Shown here one piece after another: positions 36,183 to 48,819 of a stretch of 51,993 nucleotides of DNA; within the stretch, counting starts at the first letter, position 1; each line of letters starts with the position of its first letter. The notes beneath the pieces were generated by a model. That model was not told where the DNA came from. It saw nothing but the letters and a program-made list of their open reading frames with translations, and did no database searches. The position numbers and the translations under genes were made by a program. The stretch comes from Octopus bimaculoides. Its lineage: Eukaryota. The stretch is from NCBI RefSeq assembly GCF_001194135.2, contig NC_068982.1:16319683-16371675 (forward strand). The letters are read 5' to 3'.

Positions 36183-39100
36183 AAAACACAACATAAGTTT
36201 GTAGAGTTTAATTAGCTGAACAGATTCGAGTATATTACGTACATCATTAAGCATAGGTTACCATAATCAAACAGACCTAGAATCAAAGTATTCTAGCCAT
36301 GGTTATCTTGTCTTTTAGGGGTGTGTAGGATTAGAGTATCAAACATATCCTGTCCTTAAGATGGTAGAGTGAGATCTGAGGAAGGTTTATCAGATATTTC
36401 AAGCAGATCAAGCAGTCACGCTTTGTTGGTTTGTTACTACTACTATTATATAAAGAGATGAATAACAAAGTCACCTCTGGTGGCACAAGTAGTAATGAAA
36501 CAAGAACTCAGTCAATATTTTTAATTAACTTAAATTTTGGAGTTATCTCCCTTGCTTTATTAAAAAAAAAAATTAATCTTTAAACTAATGGGATTTTTTT
36601 TCCTTCACACTATATGTGTAATTTTAATTAATAAAAAATTTCTTGGCTCTCTCACTATATTAAATATGTTAACCACAATTTCCTTATACATTTATTTCGT
36701 CCCTCCAGTCACTCAGTCATCTCTACCACTCTCAATCAAATGAAACTTGCTAATGAATTCTTTTCGGCTAAACACTGGTATACTGTAACAAATCTGGAAA
36801 TCTTAGGTTATGATGTTCCCAGGACAAGTGATTCGAAATTACCTCAACCAAGAATTGAAACTTTGTTCAGTTTTGACCAACGAAGGCCATATAGCAATCC
36901 ACTTTAGTTAATGAGTCAGAAACCAGATTATATTTTTGTAACAACTACTCATCATTATGAGAAATTTACCAATGTCTCTATAGTGCTTTCCATTAAGCCT
37001 TAATATTGTTTTTGTTATTGTCTTCATATCAGTTTAGTTTCCATATCAGTCATCATTGGATAGATCTATGATCAAAATCATTCCTGTTGTAATGCATCCT
37101 TCATTCTCTAATTTCAGGTTGTAGGGTGTGATTCGTGACAGATTTCACTGTTATTTCTGGTAGGTTTTGGAACCACGTAAAAGCTCCCATGATGGTTTGT
37201 TTGATATTGATTTCTAACATTGGCACCGTACATAATGTAGGAAGGTAAAGATGTTTAATCCGAAAGCAGTATAGTGCTGACCCTTATTTGGTAGACTCTG
37301 AATAAATGAAACGCAACGTAAGTTGGTCACTGGCGGGATTTGAACACTAAAGGTCGTGGATTAGATACCGAAATGTAATTGTGTTCGACGCTCGACTGTC
37401 TCAGCTATACCCCGTCTTCTCTACCTTTCCATGAGCGCTTAATATTAAAACGAGAGAGAGAGAGAAAGAGAGAGAGAGGGGGGAATGGGGGTGAGTAAAT
37501 TTGGAAATCTTGTAGTTAACAGTCAAATAAGAAGCACTGAAGAAAATGTAGCAGCAAGCTGAAATGGTATCAAATAAAATAAGAAAAAAAAAATCAATAA
37601 TAATTACGGTTGCATGTTGTGACGTTGAAAATAAATGAGGAAGAAATACAGCAGTGAGATAAGATCATCATAGAATTCAGAAAAACCTGTCAAATAGCTG
37701 CTTTTGTAAAATATTAAAAGTAAACTGAAAAACAATAACAACCCTGACAACTGCAACGACAGCGCATTACCACTGACACTCAATTTGCGAGAAATAGCAA
37801 CTAAATCTCACTTGAAACACACCTTGCAATTTATAAGAAAAAAAATTATGGATATATAGTAAGTATATAGTAAGTATATCTAAGGCTGAATTATCCTTGT
37901 GTATAAAAATAAGACGGAACGGTCGTTGCCGGAACATCTTTTGACCATTGGACTTTTTGACCAGGTCTGATCTCACACTAAACAACAAATATATTAATCA
38001 TGTAGCTATTCGAGTTTAAAGGCACAAACAAATTGTAGATACATCAAAACTATAACAACTAGGATGCATCTCTCTTGGATAAAAACTAAGCACTTCCCAA
38101 AATAAATCGATTAAAAACATGCCTTAATATCGAAGCAACAGTTTAAAATGAATTGATCGCGTACGTGTGTGCATGAGTGTACTTCTGTATGTCTGTATGT
38201 GTTACATCAATGAAAGAGAAACACAAGCGCGAGTTCAGAATCTGTCTATAATAATAATTAAATCTTTCATGCCAAACCTCCAAGTGGTCACTCGATCTGC
38301 TAGAAATAACAGGCGAATTTTCTTAAATCACATCTTGCCATCTTAAAGAAGCAAAAAGACTTGTAGTCCTAGCCATATTAGGACTGAAAAAAAAAAACAA
38401 GAATCTTTTTTTTAAAACGTTAAGGTGGAAGTTGGAATGCCTTTGACGATAATTATTTTTCATTAAGATCAGATCAAAGGTTAAACATAAACTTTTCATT
38501 TTCATAATTTTGTTTTGTAAGCTTCTCTACAGTAGCACAGCTCATGTATCGTTTACTGTCGAAGAGCCACTTAGACGAGACTAGATCCAAGTTAAGGTGC
38601 ACGTAAATACAAATATGTGCGTGAAGACTGACATATCAAACAGGTGTATTGGCGATTCGAAGTCTTCGGAACTGTTTTACTGTAATTATCAAAAATTCCA
38701 TAAAGAAACAATAATGACAGGTGTCAAACTGAGTTTATTATTCGTATATTCTAGAAGAGAAATTTATGAAATTAAATTCTAACCTGTAAATTGTACACAT
38801 AGACAGGATAAACACAAAACTATATAATGTACTTCTAACACACACGTTCATATAGTCTTTATCAGGAATATATAATCCAAAAAAACTTAGTTTTCAGAGT
38901 GTTAAAGACGATCATGCTTTCAAAACACTAATAATGATAGTAATTGCTTCTAGAAAAGTGACTACAAACTTGTTCTTTTTATTTTTTTAAACCCTAAATC
39001 GACTACAAATATATACCAAATATCATAAGCGATATTGCAATATTTACGATACAAAATCTGAAATTCTTACTTTAATAGATAAATATACTGTTGTTAATCT

Positions 39101-39234
39101 ATTACGGTTGAGTGAGATTTCGGGGTTATTTTGCTGGGGTTTTTTTTCTGGAATTACCATTTTAATGAAGCTTCTGATTATATGATTCTCATAATTAAGT
39201 GACGATTGTTGTCAAAACAGTACATTACATTTAA

Positions 39235-39302
39235 GGATGATAATCGCAATTACGGATGATAATCGCAATTACGGATGATAATCGCAATTACGGATGATAA
39301 TC
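39235..39302. repeat. Perfect tandem repeat, 19-bp unit GGATGATAATCGCAATTAC x3.6
   Basis: Units start at 39235, 39254, 39273 and 39292 (partial). Confidence 0.95.
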
Positions 39303-39612
39303 AAGACAAGTCAAAATATCTGCATAGGTTGATAATAGATGAGAAATACTAAAGATACAATAATCAGGAAAAATAAATTTAAAAAAAGACCGAGAAAAAA
39401 AATATTATTTTCTGGCGTAAATTCGTCGTGCGATCATCATCAACATAGTCGAAGGCGAGTATGGGAAATATAGACTTGCACAGGTCTGTTTCTCAAACAA
39501 TCAGATACACTAAACCAACGTTAAGACAATAATAAAGACATTCAGAAATTGGACACTTTACAAATTATATCTAAATAGGGGAAACTGAGTGAAACAAATA
39601 ACAGAAACTTAC

Positions 39613-39763
39613 CATAAAATAGCGTCTGTTTCCGCAGGAAGTAAATCATCTAATTCAAGGGCAGTAACTCTTAACACTACTTCCTTTCCGTTATTATCTT
39701 TCGCCAGCTTGTATTTAATTCTTTTATCATTTTCCTGGTTTAACTTATTGGACAGCAGACATT
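39613..39763 (-). other. Candidate upstream exon with a consensus donor (ATG|GTAAGT); the 5' boundary is uncertain (TSS or ccgccAG acceptor)
   Basis: One frame is open across it (CLLSNKLNQENDKRIKYKLAKDNNGKEVVLRVTALELDDLLPAETDAILW). Confidence 0.45.
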
Positions 39764-40169
39764 CTGGCGGGGGAATACCTTTCAGGTTTTAGTTTATTAT
39801 ATCGACCCTCGTAACATATTCCAGTCGAGTAATTATTTTATCGATATTGTTTCCTGAAGCTTTAGTTATTGATCAGGAAGGAACATAACGTAAATTACAC
39901 CGCTTTTTTGGACCGGTGTAAACATAAACAAAGACACGGGATACTTGCACACATATATACATGCATATACACACATACATGCATGCATACATACATACAT
40001 ATATACATACATACATACATACATACGCGCACACATACACACACACACATACATGCATATACTTATTTGTGCGCACTTGTATACATGTAGCTATCTATCT
40101 ATCTATATATATATATTCTCTCTTATTCGTTTCAGCCACGCGGCTGTGGTCATGCTGGAGCACCACCAT

Positions 40170-42065
40170 AGTCTTTCTGACTTTCTCAGTCTGGGTGTTT
40201 CACTTTACCACTCCTGTATGTGCCTTTGTCCCAACTGTTAGTACATTTGGTGAATAAGCGAGTTTGATTCCGCTGTCCTCGTCTGTACCTTATCTCGGGA
40301 TGTTGGTTCATCGGGTATTGTGGAGAGAAGGATGTCTAGTTCATTTTTGAAGACATCTATTTCCACCTTATGCAAATTTCTTAATTTTTGTGGCAGGGCA
40401 TTGAAAGGCTGTGGGCCTTTGAACCCTAGACTATTGCAGTACCTGGTCCTGAATTTAGATGGAGTGGATGGTACCTTTGGTACAGTACATTGGCGGCCAG
40501 TTCTGGCATTTGTATAACGCTCAGTGCCAAAGTTAGGTACTAGCCCTCCTAAGATTTTCCATATGTATATTATTGCATATCTCTCACCTTCGCTCCAGGA
40601 AGTAAAGCTGTAGTTTTCTCAACCTATCCTTGTAGCTCATCCGCTGCACTGTTTCAATATTTTCTTTGTAGTGGCGTTGGACCGCTTCAAGCTCCGCTGT
40701 TAGTTTGGCACTATGTGGTGACCATAATTGGGAACAGTAGTCCAGGTGGTTGAGAACAAAGGTACTCCACAGGGTCAACATAGTTTCTTAGTCTCTTGTT
40801 TTGAAGGATCTCAGTATCCATCCTGTCAGTTGTCTGCACTTTGCTGCCATCTTGCTAACGTGCATATGAAATGGTGCGTCATTGCACACACTGATCCCCA
40901 AGTCTTTCACTGCCTGTGACTATGTGATTGTAGTACCTCCGGGTCCTGTACATGTAAATTGTACTGTATTCGTGAGTTGATAGTGCAGTGCTTGAAATTT
41001 TCCAGCATTACACTGCATGTTGTTGTTTTCGGCCCACTTGTATATTGAATTTAGGTCCTCTTGTAAACTTATGACATCAGCTTGGTTTTTTTATTGCCTG
41101 TGATAATTTTGTATCATCGACATAGCTAGTGACAGTGGCTGTCCAAGTGACTGTGGGCATGTCTAAGAGAGTTATTATGAACAGTAATAGCCCCAGAATA
41201 GTTCCCTGGGAGACACCACTTAGGATTTGAGTTTCCTCAGAAAAGGCACCATTGGCTGCAACTACCTGAATTCTGTTTTTAAGGAAGTCATGCAGCCACT
41301 CTCCCAGTTTACCAGCGATGCCAAGGTCTCGTAGCTTATAACCTATCATGCCATGATCTACCTTATCAAATGCCTTTGCGAAGTCAAGGTATATCACACT
41401 GACACCTGAACGGTCAAGCAGCTGTTTCAAAACCCAGTTATAGTACTGTAGGAGCTGTGTAAGGCAGCTACTTCCTGGACGGAAGCCATGCTGAGTATTG
41501 TTCGGTAGGTCATTTTCTTCTAAGAATATTATTAACTTCTTTCTGATGATTCGCCCTATGACTTTACTGATATGTGAAGTCAGAGAGACCGGCCTGGAGT
41601 GTTTGGCCTCTGCTCTGCTTCCACCTTTGTGGATAGGGCATATAATGCCTTCTTTCAGCTTTTTAGGAAGTATACCACTTGCAAGGAATCTTTGGAAAAG
41701 TATCTAAAGTAGTTTCACTAAAGCCTGCTTACATGGCTTTAGGAGAATAGCTGGAACGCCAACAGGACGAGTGGCAGAGCATGAGCTCATTTCATCTAAG
41801 GCCGCTGTTACATGTTTCCTCAATGTTGATGTAATCGATGGTTGGTGCTTCCTTTTTTAGAGCTGCAATATCAAGGAATTCAGCTGGATTTTTTTCTGCA
41901 TGCGTCCAAGGGGGGAAGTGAAGACATTTTTAAATTGTTCCCTGAGTATCTCACTTACCCTTCCTGGATCCGCCGTCAGTGAGTCATTCTCTAGGAATAA
42001 TAGATAGTCCTATTTGATATTGTATTGTAGCTGTTTCCTTTGCGAGTTTATAAAAAGCTTTGGGA
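40170..42065 (-). mobile_element. CR1/L2-group LINE, ORF2 reverse-transcriptase region and 3' end, decayed
   Basis: KTNPKAFY, VIYLDFAKAFDKVDH, SGVSQGTILGLLLF, SYVDDTKL, LDYCSQLWSP...LEAVQR. Confidence 0.92.
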
Positions 42066-42087
42066 TTTGTTTTATGCTTTCCACGGC

Positions 42088-42134
<47 letters not shown>

Positions 42135-42708
42135 CTCTCTCTCCCCCCCCCTCNNNNNNNNNNNTCTCTCTCTCTCTCTCTCTCTCTCTCTGCTCTCTCT
42201 CTGCTCTTTCCCATTCGTGAGAAAGTTTGTATCTTGCTAAGCGACATTTTGCTTAGCGACATTTTGTCCGTCTTTGCATTTTGAGTTCAAATTCTACCGG
42301 AGTCAATTTCGCCTTTCATCCTTTTGAGACCAATAAAATGAATTGGGGCCACTATGATCGACTCACTCCTTTCCCAAAATTGCTGGCCTTATACCAAAAT
42401 TTGAAGTCAGTATTAATACACAGTCACATCATAAATTGTTCATTTAAAAAACAAGAGGTGGGGATAATTGATTAAATCCACTCCAGCACTTCTTGATTGG
42501 TTACCTGCTTTATGGACCACAGTGTGGTTTGAACATAAAACATGAAGGTACGAAACTAAACAACGATTCCTGGCATGAACACAAAGTGACTAATTTAAGT
42601 GGTATGATATAGGACTCGCGGCGATAAATCTGATGTATGCTGGTGAACGACTCCATAACAATCAGTTGAATGACTCTTTTCTTATCTTTTTTTTTTTCTT
42701 CTTGTTAG

Positions 42709-43320
42709 AAGTCTTTTAAAGGTGAATATTTTCTGGACTTGAAGAGGAAAGCCTACCTTTGAGATCAAGTGTTTGCTATATAGAGGATGTGGTTTTACCT
42801 GATGCAGATGATTACCTCATCACTGTTCTTCCCGCCATGCCTCTTGAAAGAAGAGATGAGTGTATAGTTGGTAGGCTGGGAGTTGGATTATTTAGTTTGA
42901 CAGTGTGCTGCTCTCAAATAAAACCAATCCTAATATTTAAATTTTAATAATGTATTTATTTGCAGACTGATGTCGCAATCGTTACTTTACAAGAAGCTAT
43001 TGTGCTGAATATCAGTATATCAGTAGCTAGTGTATGAGAATGTATACTTGACAAAGGAAGAAAATGTTATGTCTTCGTGCATAAGTCGGAGCGACATTGG
43101 AAACCTCTACGGATCGTCTGGCCTGTATTTCTGCACACCTCAGTTTATAACTATGATTTGGCGCGAAACTGCATCAGAACAACGACTGATCGAAATGTCA
43201 TCACTTGATAAGGACTTTCGCCTCCAAATGTGGAAACTTGATATACTGTGGTCTTTTCTCATTACTGAACTGATAGGGTTTTGAATGCTGATCACTGTTG
43301 CAAATACTCTCCAGCCAGTG
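42709..43320 (+). pseudogene. Possible decayed S1 (trypsin/chymotrypsin-family) serine protease gene fragment
   Basis: After the acceptor tttgcAG at about 42965 it reads TDVAIVTLQEAIVLNISISVASV*ECILDKGRKCYV, with the same spacing as DIALLKL..PV..N....PICLP......G..CYV. The upstream segment IEDVVLPDADD is close at DNA level to ..WVLTAAHC. Stops and frameshifts. Confidence 0.4.
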
Positions 43321-43349
43321 GGTTTGTCGGGAGACAAACGAAAGAAAGT

Positions 43350-43577
43350 AATAATAATAATTCTTTCTGCTAAAGGCATAAAGCCAGAAATTTCGGGAGT
43401 GGGGGGGGAGTCTAGTCGATTACATCGACCCCACTGATTCACTGGTACTTAATTTATCGACCCCGAAAGGATGAAAGGTAAAGTCGACCCCGGCGGAATT
43501 TGAACTCAGAACGTAAAGACAGATGAAATGCTGCTAAGCTTTTCGCCCGGCGTTGCTAACGATTCTGCCAGCTCGCC
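43350..43577 (-). mobile_element. SINE family B inserted in an (AAT)n run
   Basis: Near-complete copy with CpGs retained. Confidence 0.9.
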
Positions 43578-44559
43578 AATAATAGTAATAATAATAATAA
43601 TAGTAAATGTGAAGAATGCATGCATGTTCGAAACCAAAAAGTGCAGAAGACGTTGAATGCCCTTAATTGGAAATATTCATGTCGAAAGTGGGTAACGAAA
43701 ACCATTATAATGTAAAAGAACAATATATGATGTATGCATAGTACTGGATGAAAACTGGCAAAGAATACATACGAATTGAAGACATAATAAGCACAACTTT
43801 ATTTCAGACAAATAATATTTGGCATTTAGCGGTTCATTTCCTGATTTTTATTAAAGAGTTTAAACCAATATTGTAAAGTGCATACAAGTAACTCTTTCTG
43901 CATGGCTAACGGAAAACAAAAAGAATACCCATAATAGTTTTTGTTCAATGAAAATGGACAAATAATTTTTGTTTTTTAGAAGTGGAAAGTGTGTGTGTTT
44001 GTGTGCGTGTGTGTGTGTGTATGTGTACGCATGCATTATTTGTAACAATTCGGTCACAGTTCTAAAAAGTACAATCTTGAACACCACTGTCGTCTGACTA
44101 AGCATAAGGAATTCAAACAAATGAAATGGTAATAATGTTTAGACATGCTAGCATGTTTAAAAGAATTTTTACGCAAGCTGCAATATATTTTCAGTAAACG
44201 TTAATGAAAATACTTCTTCGACTTATGAAGTATGTGTACTAATTGCATAGAAGATTAAACCAGATACAGAAGGCGAATGAGTTTTTAAAGTGTTTTAGTT
44301 GCCACTGCACGAATTTTATCTCTGGCAAAAGGTTGATTATTACTTTATAATGGAGCAGTTTATGATCGGATAGAAGACATGACAAATGATATCCAAATAT
44401 GATTGAAACAAATAGCTCCATCATTTCCATTTTAGTCGATAATTACATCTTAAGCAACAGACGATGAAAACACCACGCTTAACTATATTTGTATGTGAGA
44501 TAATAACAAACTTTACCATTCGCAAAGATTTTGTTGCTTTAAATAAAGATTATTTACGT

Positions 44560-45000
44560 GTTAGGTCTAAAAGAAAGGGAAGTCACCATGGCCTTTGTAA
44601 ACAACTCCTAAACTAGTGAAATCAATGTCATTAACATTCCTCTCGAACGTCTGTAAGTTAACATCTGCCTGATGCACATAAGCAAGGAAGCGATTCCAGA
44701 GGGTTGATATTCTGGAAAAGAACTGGATATAGTGACTAGTGTGGAGCCTTGTGAGATTGGACGCCATAAGGGTGATAAGAGTTGAAGAGCCGAGTGACTA
44801 TGGTATGGATGAATGGAAGTGGCATAATGTCAACCAGTTCCAAACAGCAGAGGCCATCAATCTATGGGTAGATTAGGCCGAGAGAAGAGATAAAACACTT
44901 GTACTCCATGAGACAAGAGTATGTCTGTGAGTAACTTTATGCTACTCGGTTGGGTAGCCTTTTTCTAGATGTGAGCTAGGGAGTCTGAATGTGTAGCGTT
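44560..45000 (-). mobile_element. 3' end of an L2/CR1-like LINE ORF2
   Basis: FFSRISTLWNRF...VNLQTFERNVN matches the typical FF.R....WN.LP......L..FK..+ terminal motif. Confidence 0.65.
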
Positions 45001-46399
45001 ACCATTCAATTGCATAGATTTAATTACTTCAAAATTGATTCATAAAAATACCGAAAGTTAAGTTAATTTTCAGAGGTTTACTCAACGAAAAACTTCACAG
45101 AATAGTTATAGATGGTGCAGTATCTACTGAAGAAGTTCAAAACGGACTTGCTACTTCGATCAAGAAAGAATTGGAGAACCACCAACTGGCGAATAACACA
45201 CTGGTATAACCTTACCTCGGTTCGTTGTTATTCTACACAAGGAGTCATAAGGTGATCATTAACGAAAATGTCATCTATTTTTAATTTACTCCGACTCAAA
45301 ACAAATAGTTTCAATTCTGGTGGCCACCAAAAAATACAAGTAACTGTGATTTTTTTCTCTTTGACGTCATTTCTACCTCTGGCCCCCTTGATGTCACTTC
45401 CGTTTTTCTTTTCTGTCTCTCCTTTCTGCGCCCATCCTCTAAGACTACCCATTATATTACCTCCCTTTTAGTCTAAAGAACACTTCATACACCAACAAGC
45501 TAATAAAAGAAATTAAACAATCAAATTAAAAAAATAATAATTACCTTAATTTCTGCTTAATCCGATCTCATACCATTTAGTTGTTACTCGTTCAGCGAGG
45601 CGACGTCGATCCCTCTTTGACTGTTGCAGTACTGCGCTGGAATTGTCATCTTCTCACTTGTCGTCATCAGCTTCATTGTTTAATCAGCTGACAATCCTAT
45701 AGACATAAAAAATATAGTACGGTATTCCAGCAACCGAAATATTGGAATTAACATTCAATACGCTTCCTTATGATGCATATGATATACATCTCATTGATAT
45801 GTAACTTATACGTAACGAGAACTCACCCAACCATCATCCCCAAACTGGACAGATTCCGATCCTTACTCTTCCCCATTGCAATGCTGTCTTAAGTCTTGGG
45901 TACACTGGGCAGTTGCTTGGGACCCCTCAGATCAAGGGACTCAGTTCTAATCTAGGTATGCTCTAACTTGCTGTCCATAAATACTATAGGATCAGAGCAT
46001 GCTCTTTGTAACCACACTTAAAAGTTTTCATTTATACCTTTAACTCTCAAATGTGTTTTGATAAAGACGTATTCTTTTTATAAATATTGAAGACCAAGTT
46101 TTGTGTGTATCTGGCATCGAAATTTCCGGTGAAATTTTGGGGTGCGTTTGTCCCCCTGATATTGATGCCTATATTTATAGATTACACCATTTTTAGTCAA
46201 TTTCTACTTGAACTGGCATTATTTTGAACCATTTTATTTTTATCTGTTTTAGTTATACCATTTTGTTGCAGCGCTAAGTTATGGAATATAAAACACAGAC
46301 AAAAACAAACACGTACGTGCACACACACATTCATACACACATGCACACATATAAAGTGTATGTTTGTGTATATATACATACATACATATATATATATAT

Positions 46400-46497
46400 A
46401 TTGGAAATGTAAAAATAAAAATAAAACACAAAGGATTCTGCGGTACACGTGTACCGCAGAATCCTTTGTGTTTTGTTTTTAGTTTTACATTTCCAAT
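46400..46497. repeat. Spacerless palindrome, 49-bp arms, 2 mismatches
   Basis: TTGGAAATGTAAAAATAAAAATAAAACACAAAGGATTCTGCGGTACAC|GTGTACCGCAGAATCCTTTGTGTTTTGTTTTTAGTTTTACATTTCCAA; centre at 46448/46449. Confidence 0.95.
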
Positions 46498-46744
46498 TTA
46501 TTCATTCACCCCGACCACGAGCTAGCATACACAGGTGTTTACAATTATCAAGTATTACTTCTNNNNNNNNNNATATAATCTTTTATCTCTTACCAGTTTC
46601 TGTCTACCAAATCCACTCACAAGGCTTTGGTCGGTCTGAGGTTATAGTAGAAGACACACTTGCCCAAGGTGCCACGCTGTGGGACTGAACCTGGAACAAT
46701 GTGTTTGGGAAGCAAGCTTCTTACCGCACAACCACTGCGCCTAC

Positions 46745-47015
46745 TAATTTTCGAAGGAACATGGTTCTCTAGCCACGTTTCATTTCTCAGTCGCTGCCTC
46801 CACCACCGTTTCATCCCCAAAGGTTTCCACCTCCATTTTCACCCTCTCTCCACTCTGCTTCAGCCATCTTACCCATACTCCGTACTACTTTCTACCGCCT
46901 TATGCGCGCCACCATTCGTTCCAATCTCTCCAAAATACACACCATCGGCCGTCTTCTCCCTCTCGCTTATTCCATCTCCTTCTCTCTGCCACCTTCCTAT
47001 GCACACTCTACCTTT
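46745..47015 (+). mobile_element. N-terminal fragment of a Penelope-like element ORF
   Basis: SHVSFLSRCLHHRFIPKGFHL resembles the H..FL.RC.....PKG motif at the start of PLE ORFs. Confidence 0.55.
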
Positions 47016-47806
47016 CGTCACATAATCACTGACCACTGACCACGCTCATACATGAGGTTATTAAACCTGTGGTCGACTTCACCCGGGTTCGCATCTGCAG
47101 CTTCCATGCTCGCCGTGGCGGCCGCCTGCTTAATCGGACATCGGAAAGTCGCCTCACCAGCGATCGCGCAACCTAAACTTGTAGGTCCAATTAGGCATAG
47201 CACCTCACAGACCATTTCTACCCAACTGACATGATCCAGAGACAAGCGAGGGCAGGATATCCGATGCGTATATGGGTTGCAGGCTCCGGAACGTGAACGT
47301 CCCATGATCTTCAGCGCAAGCAAAAGACCGCCAAAATATTAAAAGCTATTCCCTCCATACCTGCTTTTATATCTGAGTGACCTTCTCCTAGAGATTTGCT
47401 TTATCAAAAGCTGATGGCTACTTCATTCCCAATAGTCTCCCTGCACGCCAGACACCAACCCAGAATTTCTGAGGACCCGTGATATTGCTTGATAGTAATT
47501 GCACATACACCGGGTTCATTTGTCTTTTGACAGGTTTTGTTTTTAGTCTTACTGAGATTCAAACAACTTTTCTCATCAAACTAGGATAGCGGGGATGATG
47601 GTTTAATCATCACCGAAGATCCGACCATGCAACAAATTGTACTGGATTCCATATTACCAGTAACATTCATAGGAACCCTCACGAGTGACTCGACATGCAA
47701 ATATCCATGCATCCATACATATACGCATACATACATAGCAATCTGTGTATCATGCTTAAAGCAGACACAGCATTGAAAGCCTATGATAGTATCTTTCATA
47801 GACACA

Positions 47807-48372
47807 CAGTTTTAAAAAATACAAATATATGAGTAGCAAACGAAGATCATCCAGCAGCGGTGGTGGTATTGTGCAGTGCACATTTCTGCCTCTTTGGGCT
47901 TCGTCAACAGCAAGTATCTGCCAGCAACTGCAATTACTGATCTGATATAGTAAAAGAGTCATTGAAAAATCACTGAAGTCACAATTAGCCACCAGGATGA
48001 ATAAAAATCGCGTTATAAGCATTGAAGCAGTATCAGTTTGAAATAACAATCAGTGTATCACAGTTTAAGTAGATGCATCATTGAAAGCGAAATTAACTGC
48101 GATATTCGTCTTGAGGTGGTCATTCTCACAGGCTTACAGTGTTAAAAACACAAAAATATATCAGTAACAGGCGAAAATCATCCAGCAGCGGTGTCTTCGC
48201 ATGTGGTTGACAATTGATACTTGCTACTGACGAAGCTCAAAGAGGCAGAAAAGCGCATTTAGCAATGTCACCATTAATCACATTCGGTGCTTTTCTTGGA
48301 CTATTTTGTCCTTCTTTCCAGACCTTTCCTCTTTCCTCTTTCTGACGAAGAGCCATGCTCGAAACGTTACAT
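47807..48372. mobile_element. Penelope-like terminal-repeat cluster with direct and inverted duplications and hammerhead-like cores
   Basis: Direct repeats at 47807-47862 and 48137-48193. Inverted pair at 47883-47918 and 48216-48252. CTGACGAAGAGCCATGCTCGAAACGT at 48342-48367. Confidence 0.55.
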
Positions 48373-48428
48373 TTACTGTGTACACCCTTTTGACTTTTGT
48401 TGTTTTTAGGTTTATTTTTCAACTTGCC

Positions 48429-48430
<2 letters not shown>

Positions 48431-48524
<94 letters not shown>

Positions 48525-48575
48525 TTTGTGTGTGTGTGTGCGTGCAGGCGTGCGTGCAGGCGTGCGTGTGTGTGT
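48431..48575. repeat. Long (TG)n microsatellite
   Basis: Directly visible. Confidence 0.98.
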
Positions 48576-48819
48576 GATATAATTTCTGTTAAATTTATTT
48601 ATGGCAATGAAACAAGCCCTTAGTTATGCAACTTGAAATATCTAAGCTGGGCAATAAGTTATCTTAGACTGATCACATGAGCATTTTAGATGCAAATTCA
48701 CTAGCAAACTTAATATCAGAAGCTAGCCACTGATTGGCGGTTCAAATTGACTACACCTCAAAATACGTACAATACAGAGAAAGCAACTGATAATTTATAA
48801 GAATCACTGTAAAACTTAC

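Larger units (their letters stand above)
37300..39900 (-). promoter_or_regulatory. CpG-retaining promoter/first-exon zone of the minus-strand host gene (inferred)
   Basis: About 15 CpG in 38001-38600 versus about 4 in 32201-32800 (counted by eye); consensus donor at 39613; GGAAGT motifs near 39637 and 39680. Confidence 0.5.

Noticed and set aside
39235-39302. CRISPR-like array
   Set aside because: Adjacent identical units without unique spacers, eukaryotic context, no cas genes
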